DNA from: Podarcis cretensis
Taxonomy: Eukaryota
NCBI GenBank assembly: GCA_951804945.1
Contig: OX638150.1
Location: forward strand, 24,862,001 to 24,926,000
Direction: 5' to 3'
DNA: 64,000 nt
The position numbers and the translations under genes were made by a program. The first letter of the stretch is position 1, and each line of letters begins with the position of its first letter. The notes under the pieces are model-generated. The model searched no databases. It was not told the origin of the DNA and saw only the letters and a list, made by a program, of their open reading frames with translations. Below, in pieces: positions 51,561-63,632 of the stretch.

Positions 51561-51831
51561 ATGGGCCGTAGCCAGGGGCTATTCAATTAACTGAGGTTCT
51601 CAATCAACTGAGGTTCTGCCCTCCCCGCTCCAATGTGTGTGCAATGTGTGTGCAAATTAACCAAGGGGTACTTAATTAACTTGACTTTCTGCCTTCACCC
51701 AGCAGAAGCATGACCCGCCCGTTAATGTCATTTTCTTGTTGTTAATGTTATTTTTGTTATTTTTACCCGTGATTTCCCAGAAACCTCGGCTGTCCCCCCC
51801 CCCCCCAACAAAAATCCCGGCTACACCCATG
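51560..51831. mobile_element. hAT-type MITE abutting the promoter
   Basis: TIR catggg.cgtagcc / ggctacacccatg; exact 8-bp TSD aaattaac. Confidence 0.8.
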
Positions 51832-52964
51832 AAATTAACTTCGAGGATTCATTTGATTTATTCCAGACCCTCCCCATTTTCCAGGGACACCCCTGATTTA
51901 GAGAAGCCATCCCAGCTTCTGATTTGATTCCGAAATGCCCCACTTTTCCTTAAGAAGTCCTATTTTCACTGGAGAAATGTCAGAGGGTATGGTCGGATGT
52001 CCCTATTTTCATTGGAGAAATGTCTGAGGGTATGGAGTTATTTGACACCCCCCAAGCCATCTGAAGGCAATCCTGTATAGGTGTTTTTTTTTAATGTTTA
52101 CTGTATTATATTTTTTAGATACGTTGGAAGTAACCCAGAATGGCTGGGGCAACCCAGTAAGATGTGTGGGGTATAAATATTAAAATTATCATTATGGAAT
52201 CGGATGCCCCTATTTTCAACCGAGAAGTGTTGGAGGGCATGTTACTCTGAAGCAAGGTTCCTTAGGATACAGCCTCTTTGCCTTAAACAAGAGGTGCAGG
52301 AGGGAGGGCGAGGGGAACTGATAACTGATTACTGATAACGAGAAGAAAATTTAGATTCGCAATTTATGTAAAGTAGGTTCTTGCGTTCAGGAGGAGTACT
52401 GTAGTCCCAAATGTGTAGAGTTAAATAAAAGTCATCAGGTAACTGTGTTTGGAGGTTTGAGGCAATATTATTATGCTCCGTGCATGCAGCTTTGAACAGC
52501 AAGTCCTGCGTTGTTTGGCATTGCTTCTGAAAAGACCCCTGGCAGTTTCAAAAATGATTTGACACAGCATTCAAGGGCAGGGGCACAACGGCTCAAAAAA
52601 CACAATACCAAATGCATCTCAAGACATTTGGAACTAGACAGACAAAAATAAACAAGTACATAAGAGTCTGCTGTATCTAGCCATTGGCCCAACAATCCAG
52701 CATTTCATTCTCAGTGTGACCAACCAGGCATCTATGGGAAGCAGAAAAGTGGTACTTCACACAGTGCATCCTCAAACTATGAAATTTGCTTGCATAACAT
52801 GACACGTTGGAACACCAACTCAGATGGCTTTAAAAATGGATCAGAGGATCCTGTCCATGATTATACCTTATGAAGGCCAAATTACCTTAGCTGTATTTCT
52901 CCAGTAACTTAGCTATACATATTATTAGTTATGATGGCTATATTAACACTAAAACCCAGCCAGA

Positions 52965-53197
52965 TGTTGTTGTTGTTTAGTTGTGTCCGACTCTTCGTGA
53001 CCCCATGGACCAGAGCACGCCAGGCACTCCTGTCTTCCACTGCCTCCCACATGCTGGTAGCTTCATGCTGGTAGTTTCGAGAACACTGTCCAACCATCTC
53101 ATCCTCTGTCATCCCCTTCTCCTTGTGCCCTCAACCTTTCCCAACATCAGGGTCTTTTCCAGGGAGTCTTCTTTTCTCATGAGATGGCCAAAGTATT
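52965..53197 (-). mobile_element. BovB (RTE) LINE 3' end
   Basis: (CAA)n tail, ...WRALVHGVTKSRTQL 3' end, cccaacatcagggtcttttcca...agatggccaaagtatt. Confidence 0.85.
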
Positions 53198-53842
53198 TTT
53201 ACTATATTACTTCTGAATACCAAGTTCCTAACAAATCACAAGCAGCGAAGTGCTCTTAGGCTTCTGGGCTTCCCATTGGCATCTGGCTGGTCATTGTGAG
53301 AACAAACTACTGAATTATATAGACATTTGGTCTGACCCAGCTTCTGATTTCCCCATAAAGCAGTCAGCAGTATGATTTACTGACCATTTTAATATTATTG
53401 ATTACATAATTCAAACACTTAAGTCATGGCAGGAAGGCCAGATACAAAAAGTGCTTTAAGACAGACAAGGTTCCAGTAGCGGTGAGCTGCTGATAGTTTT
53501 GAGAGTTTTGCAAACACACGTAACAACAAATGCTTTAATGCTAGCAGAAGCAAAGTCCCCTGCCCTCCAGAGAAGGGAGCAGGAGGATGGAAGACAGATA
53601 TGGGTCAGTGTGGCTGGGGTCACTCAGTTCTGTGACCCGGCTACCCTATCACTTGCAGTCTCTGCTCGCAGCCATATTAGCTCATCCCTGGTTGGTCTAT
53701 GGATGGGGCAATCAGGGCAGACCAGAGGGGAGACTTCTTTCTGGACCACTTAGACTTAGAGCCTAGAGGGAGCCAATATGAGGTGAATACCCAGTGTGGA
53801 ATTTTACCTTCTCGGTAACACTGGAATGTATATGTATGAGAG

Positions 53843-54513
53843 TAGGGGAGATAGTGGAGGAAGTGCAGAAGTGCGGGTTGTCCTCCCTTTATATAGAGTC
53901 CATGACGTATAGCCACGCAAAGGCGGTGATCGCCCAAAGATTAAGGGATATTGCCAGACAGGAGGACATAGCCCGTGTGAAACCTGGGTTGTTTCTGGGG
54001 GAGCAGATGTATCGGGCTGCTCCAGCTCGCTACCTGGCGGATATCCACTACGTGGAATACCGCAGACTATTTACCGCGGCTAGGCTGAATGTTCTTGACT
54101 CGGCGGTTCTGAAGGGAAGATATGGAGGAGTCCCATATGACCAGAGATTATGCCATTGTGCGTTGGGTGAGGTAGAATCCACAGAGCACATTTTACTGAG
54201 CTGTCCCTTCTACAACGATTTAAGACAGTATCTTATAACCCCATACTTACCCCAGCTCAGTCCCCAACAAAGAGGAAAGCAGACAGCTTATCTGCTAAAT
54301 AAGTCTTCTGGGAAAACAACTTTGTCAGTGGCTAAATTCCTTTTCCTGGCACTCAAGTGTCGGAAACGTATAACTGAATGCCTTGATGTGGGTTATCTGT
54401 GAGAGGTTTAGTATTGTGGCCCTACCTTATTTATGTACCCCCATGATGTTTTAGTTTATAATTCTGTATTGTGTTTTATCTCTGACTATCGGTCGAATAA
54501 AGGAAATTGATTG
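53843..54513 (+). mobile_element. 5'-truncated non-LTR retrotransposon (RTE-X-like) with open C-terminal ORF
   Basis: RLCHC...VESTEHILLSCPFY zinc-finger-like C-terminus, AATAAA and (ATTG) tail, 13-bp TSD atatgtatgagag (53830-53842, 54514-54526); clade assignment is inference. Confidence 0.75.
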
Positions 54514-56289
54514 ATATGTATGAGAGCAGATTTATGGAAGCTGTAAGCATTCGAGTGCAGCTTGTTATACCCAAGTCCTGTGTTAGTCCTCATCTTCAGT
54601 TTCCTCCTACTCTGCTTCCAGCTGCCGGCACAAAAGTGCTTCAGCGCTGTTAGCATTATAATTCAAATAAATTATTCAAATCTTTAAATTGTAACAGCAT
54701 GCCCACCGGAATATCCACCGTGGGTACTTAGTCACCCATTAGCATCCATCAAGATTAAGGAATTACATCCAAAATGTGCACACAGTCCTCTTCTTGCACT
54801 CAACATTTTTGCACTACTCATTGCTGAATCAGTGCCATCTAAATCACCTCTACACTCTCTTTCATCTTTGGGAACCCCCCACCCTCCCCAAGACCAACTC
54901 TCCCAAACCAACTCCCACTTAAAAGCTTTTCCTTGTCAGATAATTCATTTGCAGCTCACTGTTCATGTGTTCAGTAAGAAGTACTGGAAATCGATTTTGT
55001 TTCCTTTGTACTATTTTTCTTCCCCCAATCTGTTCTATCCTTATAGGTGTCTCCATAGGAATTGGCAAAGGAGTGTCCACTCGCCCCCTGCTGCCTTGCC
55101 AGGGGCACAGGTCCCCAGTAAAGGAGAAAGCCTGGTGTGGTAGAAGAAATGTAGTTGATTTACGTGAGACACTAAGGTGTCGTTAGTTAAAGCTCATTTT
55201 GCAACTTGCAAATAGCCCTTTAAGGAAGATATCTTTGCTTTAGAATAGGCAACGCCTGCCCTTCAACTTATTTCTCTCCCCTCAAATCTGACTTTCCCCT
55301 TTCACATCCCTAACATTAGAACAGCTGTTCATACCTCTGCAGGCTAAGCAATTTGCACTCTGGTCTTCACCTCCTTGCTACCAATTTCAAGTTAAAGATA
55401 CTGGTAATCGTAGAGAACCAAAGCTACATATCTAGTGCAGTGGAAGATTAAACCAATTCTTAAAACCCCCAAAGTCTCATTTAAGAGAGTCTTGCTCAGA
55501 AACATGTTTTTGCTTACATACCTCTTTTGTAAATTTGGGAGTGACAAAGCTTTCCCAGGCTGCATACAGACTATACTTTTGAAGCATGTTTAAAGCACCC
55601 CCACAATTATAGTACTTGACATCAAAATGCCCGCCTGCATTTTCCCCCATTCAATCCAGATTTACCGCTTCTGGGGGAAATCTGCCTGGTTAAAATACCA
55701 ACCAGTCAGCAACAACCTGTTTGTGGTATCTCAACCATCTTTTTAAAGTACTGAGCCCCCTAAAACAATAGCAGCACAACTTTGACTTGTGTAAAAACCC
55801 TTCTCCCAATTTTCTTCAAACAGAAAGGCATAACAAATCCTGCAAATGAAAATTGTGCTTGAGAAACAGCCTTCCAACATCAAAAATAACATGATTTTAT
55901 AGCAACAAGATTTTGGAGGATCATTCATCATATTTACACATAGTTTTCCACATCTTAGTTTAGCGTTTCTTCTGTGCATTTAGCAAAGTCAGAAACGAAG
56001 TAGCAATAGCAAGAGTCTCCAGAACCTAATGGAAAAATTGACTTTTTGTAAGAGTACATGCTGAAGCAACAGTAAGTCTGCTAGTCCGGCATTTAACTTT
56101 CATACTATAGTGCTTAGTCAAAGGTTAACATTCTTTAATTAAGTACAGATATTTTAGGCCTTTGCATGGAATTCAGCTTACACTAGGGGTGTGCTAATGT
56201 GATCTCCTCTTTATCATTTTTGAAGAATTCTCTTTATATCCCAATCATAAATTGATTACATTCAAGTATGGCTATACGAAACATAGATC

Positions 56290-56295
56290 TTTATT
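56290..56295 (-). terminator. Candidate AATAAA poly(A) signal of copy B
   Basis: tttatt on + strand, aligned with 1467-1472 of copy A. Confidence 0.5.
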
Positions 56296-57617
56296 ACTTC
56301 CCAGTGATACTGGAACAGCTTCGTTATGTTTTTCCATAGTTATCATCATCAACATCACAATAAATACAAGGTTGTGGTGTGCGTGGCTACAATTTCACTG
56401 TCAAGGAAAGACCTTGAAAACTGAACACAGAAAAGTTTGCCTGCAAAAAGTGGTAGATCTTAATGTGTTGAAACTCTCAACAGAAATAACCACAATGATG
56501 CAACAGTTCAACATGCTATAGGAATGTACAAATAGATTTAGCTATTTGGTTTTCACAATCTGCATTTGTAAACGTGAAAGAAACCTATTTCTTTAAACTA
56601 TTTAAATGTACTTGTGCATGCAGTATAGGCTTCTGTGCAACTTGCAACAGTGACACAATTTAGACTTACCATTCAAAACAAACAGTTTATATACCTGGCA
56701 GCCTTATACTACACTTTATGTACATGTATTTGGATTTTGTTGACTAATACGTGGTTGTTCAGAGTGGTTTATAATGTAATCCTACACAGCCTTAAAGTGC
56801 AATATATTTCCGGGACTTGACCCAATAAATCTCTCTTCTAAACTAGTGAAATGCTGATTATGCCCAACTGACCTGCAGTGCTATAAGATCATGTGGCTGG
56901 TATTTAGCCCATACAACACAAAAGGAAAGGGGCTTGGAGATGGGGGCTAGTGCATAAATGCACCAGTCATTAATTCTGATGCAAAACTTGCTTTAAAAAA
57001 GCATTAAAATTTGCAAACTGACAATGTAGATTCTAACTCAAATAGTGCATAGCTTCATTTAAATGGGTTTGGATGTGGCAGTACTGGGGCCCTGTACTGA
57101 CAGAGAGGGTCCAAGCTGTCAGAAAGGTGTCTCCTTGGCCATGGAGAGGGCAGAAGACATGATTGCTGGTAATTGACCTAGTGAAAAGCACACAGATGGG
57201 GTGCTTTTGGTGAAGAATGGGCGTGGTTAAGGACAGACACAGTTCCACATAGACCAGACCCTATAGCTGCTGGCCACACCCTCACAACCTGGCAAATCCC
57301 ACCGAAAGGTCTGGTGGAAGGGAAACCCAGAAAGACACAATCGAATGTGTCAAAACCAGACTTCCCAGTTTGCCCTCCCTCCCTCATCCATGTGGCAGAA
57401 CCAGACAGCCAACCACTGCAGTACATTGGATACAAACCTGTGACGTGTCAAACCCTACTCAGAATGTCAGAACAGGTAAAAGTGCATGAGGCTATGCTTC
57501 TGGCTGTGGACTTGGAACTTGAGGGGGTGGGGGGTTCTGGTGAAAGGGCATTTTGCACAGAACATAAACAGAAGGCACTTTGTTCAAAGCCTGCCTCTAC
57601 AGCTCATGGGGCAAAGC

Positions 57618-57753
57618 CAGTGGCGTAGCGTGGGTTGTCAGCACCCGGGGCAAGGCAAGTAATTTGCGCCCCCTAACCCGTGGATTTGCCCTAACCCCAG
57701 ATGTTGCGCCCGGTGTGGCCGGCCCCCCCTGCACCCCCCACGCTACGCCACTG
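57618..57753. mobile_element. hAT-type MITE in copy B 3'UTR region
   Basis: TIR cagtggcgtagcgtggg / cccacgctacgccactg; exact 8-bp TSD ggcaaagc. Confidence 0.88.
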
Positions 57754-58157
57754 GGCAAAGCTAACACTACTCTTGGGCTTCCATCCCAACCAGGCTTTTT
57801 AGCAGCAGCTCTACAGATAACAGGACCCAGCAGGAAATGCCACTAAAAAATGATAACCGGGTTGGAGAGGACTTCACACAGCCACCCTGCCCAGCAAATC
57901 TAGTCCAGAAAAAGGGAGCATGTCTTTGTAGCAAACGACAGAGACCCCTGCAACAAAGGAGCCAGCTCACCCATGCACGACCACAGGCCCCATTTTATGT
58001 TTTTATTGCTGTAAACAGCTTTGATATATATTTTTGTGATACAAATGTAAATAAAATAAACTTCTGCTACTCCGCTCAGGTTGCAGATGTAAGAGCCAAT
58101 ATGCACACATGTCATTTTAGGGGGGTCCCCAACAAGGTGCAGAGAGATATTTTGTTC

Positions 58158-58410
58158 GACTGCCTAGCTGGTTCCATCGTAGCAATAAAGGGCTTAAAAA
58201 AAAATGATCTGCCTGTTGTGTGTTTCGGTGGTGTGAGTGCTGCGTTTAGGGACCTGAAGTGGAAATGACAAGGTGTTGATTATTTGACTGTGTAGCTGGT
58301 TCCATCGTAACAATAAAGGGCTTAAAAAAATGATCTGCCTGTTGTCGTGTGTTTCAGTGGTGTGAGTGCTGCGTTTAGGGACCTGAAGTGGAAATGACAA
58401 GGTGTTGATT
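58158..58410. repeat. About 128-bp tandem duplication
   Basis: tagctggttccatcgta...gaaatgacaaggtgttgatt occurs twice with few changes. Confidence 0.9.
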
Positions 58411-59540
58411 TCCACCCAGCTGCAGCACTGCTGGTGCTAAGTGTATTTACAGTATCGCAGTGAGTGTGAGTGTCATGTGTTGTCTGGTCATGTGTGTACT
58501 GGGTGGATCAGCCTTTCGTGCTGGGAACTGTGTCTGAATTTGCTGCTGTGGGTGGGGTTATCATGGATGTGTCCTTGTGCCTTCTGATGCTCTTGTTCCC
58601 CTTTTCTCAGCCATCATACAATGGGGACTGTATGAAATGGGAGTCTGTGATGCCAGAACTGCCAATGTTCCTGTCCCCGGGCAGACTTGCTTACTTTGGG
58701 TTGCACAGTACGATCAACTTGAGCACTTAACATACAAAGAAAATTCCAATATGAATTTCCCCAGAAGTTTGAAGAAGATTAAATAAATGCTAAGTATTCT
58801 ATTTTGTGGTTTATTACAAGTTGAGGTGTACCTGAGCTTTGAGCCACCTGAATAATACCTGCTAGTCTAGGGAACTGCTTTCTCTTATGATTTAGCTTAC
58901 ATAAAAATGTGTGCAAACTGACAGGAGTTACCAGGTTGAACCGGAACCATGTCAGTATGGTCTTTAGCAAAAATCTCCTCTGAAAAATATCCATATAAAC
59001 CGATTACTATACTGTAGACTGCTCAGTGGTGTCGCAAAATGTTCTCCCTACAACTTCTTCAGAGGTGGTTCTTGAAATCAAGCTTCATGAACTGCATCAC
59101 ATTTAAATGCCTTGTAATCATAAATTTTAAAAATCTGTAGTTGTCTTCTTCTGCTAAAGAGGATACCACATACTTGTACAGACTGATGCAATTTGGTATA
59201 TGAAATTCTAGAGTAGAAAGCATATATTGCACCCAAAAAATTAAATTCTAATCTGCCCTCTTTCTGCCATGGCTACAAAACATTTCACATAAAAAGAGCA
59301 AGTCATAGATAAAAGACATTTATAATGTTGATGTATGTAAGGCAAAGAAGGTGAATAGGCTCCATTTTGCATTTTTAGGTGAAATCAGTGTTATTTATAC
59401 TTATAATTGTTTGGGAATATGTTTCCGATTCACTGTGCTCATACACATTCCAAAAGAAGGAAACAAAGACAGAGGGAAAAACAGTCCTTTAAAAAAAAGT
59501 TGAAGAATGCAACAGGTAAAATTCTACAACGCGGACCAGA

Positions 59541-59645
59541 TCAGAAAACCACTCTCTCCTGCGCTCGTTCCCACCAAAGTGTGCTGTTTAGTGTTCCAAA
59601 ACCACTGTCTTCCTCCTCTTGCTCTTTTGCAAGTTCCACAAATAC
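59541..59645 (-). CDS. ABCA5: Copy B terminal exon (coding part, TGA at 59543-59541)
   Basis: [34 protein letters not shown]. Confidence 0.93.
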   Translation of the reverse strand, partial: VFVELAKEQEEEDSGFGTLNSTLWWERAQERVVF

Positions 59646-62600
59646 CTAAAACAAGTAAGAGCTTCATGAATATGTTAAATTACAACCACAATGCATGTGA
59701 GAAATTTGCAGGCAAAATGGTAGCCCAAGTTAATTGAGAGTTTGAAATCTCCACAAGCAGTATACCAAGACTAAAACTTTGGTTGCAAACCACAAGTCCG
59801 TGTTTAGATGTATCACCAAGCCAAAGAATGACTTAGCTTTAGTTAGTAGAGAAGAAGCAGGAGTGTTGCGGCAACAATATTTGCTCCCAGAACCCAAACA
59901 TTTGCACATTTGTGCTAAGCCATGGTTTGCTCCAAAAATTATGTGTCATGTTAATTTACAAAACTTTTGTGAACTTGGAAAGCTATAATAAAATCATGGC
60001 CAGATATGAGAGGTGTGAATGTTTTCTGTGACCATGTTTTCTGTAAATATAGCTAGCTTACACAAGCAAACAATTGATTTTACCAAATACAAATTTGAAA
60101 ACCATGAAACTATGTTCTGTGGCGCATTGCATTATATTTTTGAAAAAGTCTGTTTAAATTACCTGTTCAAGTGTTGCTTGAGAGAAGCTGTACTCTTCAA
60201 CATCAAACGCATGTTTTGCTGTTAAAAGTGATAGAAGGAATTCCTTACTCCTCAACAGTAATCAATTATACATCAAAAATTACTTTACATCAACATGCAT
60301 TTTAAAATGAAACCTGTCTCTCAACATCAGTAAAAATAGAAAACACTGATCAATCTGAAGGTCATAAGCATTAAGATGTGCACATCCTAAAGCTCTTAGC
60401 AGTTTCTCGCTCCCGCATATACAGACACATCGGGTATATGTACCCTGCTGTTCCCTAGGATTCCAGTGATCAGGAAAGCCACTGTGTGTATTGCAGTACA
60501 GTGTACAGTGGTACCTTGGTTCTTGAACAGCTTAGTTGTCGAACAAATTGGCTCTCAAACACTGCAAACCCGGAAGTAAGTGTTCCGGTTTTCAAACGGT
60601 TTCGGGAGTCTAACAGACTCCCGGAATGGATTAAGTTTGAGAATCAAGGTACCTCTTCTGCACATTAGGAGCTTCCAGGAGACTTTAATGTTTAAGGATG
60701 CAAGCACTAGTCAAGCATAGTGTATGGCTGTGAGGAGACAACAAGTTAATGCATCAAGAGGAAATCCTGTACCTCTTTAAATGCTCTAAAAGTTAACAGA
60801 CTTCAATGTGTCTCAGGAAGGCAAATCAGGAAGGCAACATACCCACTGGCCAGGGGTTTGGATAAGGGAATATATTATTTACAGAGAGAATTGTGATTCT
60901 GAGAGATGTGATGATGGGGGTGGCGATTGACAAGATGAATTCAGGTTAAGATGAATTCAGGTTAACAGGTGGTTTGGATAGAAAATTGAGAATCAGATGG
61001 AGGTTCTACTTAGTAAATTATTACTTCACCTTCCTCCAGTTTAGAAAACGATAATGCAAGTGAGTGGACATCTTCCTTTGGGATTTTGTAAGCCAAAATA
61101 GATTCAAAACTGCAACAAAGATAAAACAGGCATCAGCGCATTCAGCAACAACTAAGCAGAAATGAAAACCACCCGTGGCTTAAGTAATGTTACTGGAATT
61201 AAGCGTACAATGTCGTAATATGTCTGAACAGGCTGTCATTTTGGATCAGACTGCAGCTTTCATCTGTTCTATCAACTTATTTGTAATACAGCCAGTTGAG
61301 GGTCCTACAAAGAAAAGTTCCAATCAAAGTGATTTGCAAAGAGAAAACAAAACAAAACAAGCAGATCTTAGCTGCCTGTCAGGGACCAAAGCAAACGTTT
61401 CTGCCAGCCCCATCAACCACAGTCTACTTTGGGTCTATAACAAACACATAACTGTATTTACAGTAACAAGCAATATTTGCAATAATGAGTGTCCAAATGT
61501 AAGTAGGAGGACAGGGAAGAAAATACGGGCCTAAACCTGCATCAGCGCCCAATTTATGACTCAAGACCAGAGGAAAGAAGTTCCCACTCTACCTGCTGTA
61601 GAGCTGATCAGCTGGAAGTTAGGCATTTGTTGTGACCAACCTGTGGACTAAGTTCTGTGTCACTGTTGACAGGTGTGTTGCCAGCTGACCAATGAATCCT
61701 CACTTTTCATCCCCCCTCCTCATGTTGTGCACTTTGGGGTGTTGGGGGAAATCAAGCTTCTTTTTGTTTAGTTTAATACCCAGAACTCTTATATGATTTG
61801 GTTTTTTACCTTTCCTGGTAACTTCCATTTGGAAAGATGCGCAGAATCTCCCTCTGAAGATATTCCTTCTTCTCTGTAAGCGGCACATGTCTCAGTTTCA
61901 TTTCTAAGAAATATCCTCTGCCAAATTTACTCTTGAGATGTTGAACTGTACCAATGCATCTTTGGGCGGGGCAGGCAGGCAGACAAAGGAGAACGTAATG
62001 TCAAAACCTTTCATGATATTTTAATGCAAAAGCCCAAGATGCTTTTATTCAAGATATCCCAAAGATGCAGAGGAGGTACCTTAATTTTCCAGACACCAGG
62101 ATTGCGACACGATCACAAACAGCCTCTGCTTCTTCCATATAGTGAGTTGTCAGAATGGCTGCTCTCTCTTTACTTTTAAAAGCTGCACGAATTGCTTTCC
62201 TGTCAGATGTAATAAATAGTGGAAAAGTGGAGTGGCTAACCTGCAAATGCTTCACTTTTTTAGTATTTCTCTATGGAGTAGCATATAATCGACATAAAGT
62301 CATCTGCTGGACTTTCCATGAGCTGGAGACGCAATGAAATACGAATCTCTCACACATCTCAATTGTATCTCCATATCCAAGTATTTTTGTGCCCATTCTC
62401 CAGGGATGACAGGTAGGTCCCGCGCACTGGCCATAGGTTACAATTTACACAATACTCTGATAAATCCTTTCATTGGAGTATGTGGAAAAAATGGCACAAA
62501 ACTCCCTTTTCTGGTACTGCGGAGTTGAAAGTTCTTGATAATCAGCAGGAAGGTTCTTAAGAGATTGGAGTTTACCGTGGTTAGCACAATATCTCTATTT

Positions 62601-62727
62601 CTCAACTTTCTGATGATTCTGAGGTGGCAGAGGTAGCTGAGGTTCCCTAAGATACCTGCCACCTACTTTGTCCATTTTCCTTTGTCCAAAATTACCCTGC
62701 GCATTCGGGGGGGTGGGGGAGGCAGCA

Positions 62728-62763
<36 letters not shown>

Positions 62764-63059
62764 GAATCAGTGTTATTTTGTGTTGCAACTATATTATGTT
62801 CCTGCTGTCAATGTTTGTTCACCGTGCTGATTTTTCAGATGATTATTCCAGGTTTTGCTAGCTGCATTGAAAGTGATGAAGTAAGGGGTGAGATGTAATT
62901 CTAAATAAAAAGCTGTGATGCTCCATTCTAAAACACATTCTCCATGTTGTTTGGTGTTACTCACCACATATGTTGCTTTGCTTTGGGGTCCATACCAGTA
63001 GACGGCTCATCTAGTAGAGTAATACGAGGGTTACCAAGCATACTTAAGGCAAAACATAG
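59541..63059 (-). CDS. ABCA5: ABCA5 copy B, 3' portion (exons 34-39; remainder lies beyond the window)
   Basis: Six in-phase exons ending [34 protein letters not shown]; internal exon sizes match copy A. Confidence 0.92.
60163..60218 (-). CDS. ABCA5: Copy B exon 38
   Basis: [19 protein letters not shown]; 56 nt. Confidence 0.93.
60506..60655. mobile_element. pogo/Tigger-like MITE in copy B intron 37
   Basis: ta-cagtggtaccttggttct...agaatcaaggtacc. Confidence 0.7.
61030..61109 (-). CDS. ABCA5: Copy B exon 37
   Basis: [26 protein letters not shown]; 80 nt. Confidence 0.93.
61810..61959 (-). CDS. ABCA5: Copy B exon 36
   Basis: [49 protein letters not shown]; 150 nt. Confidence 0.92.
62080..62199 (-). 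CDS. ABCA5: Copy B exon 35
   Basis: [39 protein letters not shown]; 120 nt. Confidence 0.94.
62730..62763. repeat. (AAT)n microsatellite
   Basis: Direct read. Confidence 0.9.
62965..63059 (-). CDS. ABCA5: Copy B exon 34
   Basis: [32 protein letters not shown]; 95 nt. Confidence 0.94.
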
Positions 63060-63632
63060 CTAAAATAAGAAAGTAGGAAAGAAAGATTAATTTGATGGCC
63101 ATGTACTCTACAGATGAAGAAAACATGTGCACACACTGAAACTACATTGACTTTAATCCTCTAAGTGTGCAAACACTTGGAAACCCTCAAAGGGGATATC
63201 CAAGCATTCAAGGTGCAATGGCAATCTTCCTATCTACTGCTCTCTATCTTTCTCCAAAGTGTGGGGGGTGGGAGAGTCTGAAGTAGGTGGTAGGTAGAGG
63301 AGGGCTCCAACAACTGCCAGGGGAACCCATTCAGCCTGCCATTGGGAGGGAGTAGAAGAAGAAAGACAGATTGGGTTTGTTTGTTTATTTAAAGGAGGAA
63401 TCAAGTGACATTGAAAAGTAAGAGAAAAGAGTCTCAGGGAAAAAAGGCTTACTTTGGGGGGGGGGGAGCTGGCAAGGGAGAAAAACTTTGCTGTGCATGT
63501 GGAATTGCAAATGCTGGAGACTAAATAGGCAACCACGCCACGAAGAAACCCAGCATAAATTGCCAGGAACTGACACACCACTCACAGAAAGGAAGATGGA
63601 AGGAAGGTTAACTAAAAAGCAAACGACCACTA

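Noticed and set aside
50997-51590. Several overlapping GC-rich ORFs (up to 168 aa)
   Set aside because: Stop-poor CpG island with low-complexity Ala/Arg/Gly/Pro translations and no recognisable homology
53794-54402. Longest ORF (202 aa) as a standalone gene
   Set aside because: Its start lies outside the TSD-bounded truncated retrotransposon; the coding part is LINE-derived
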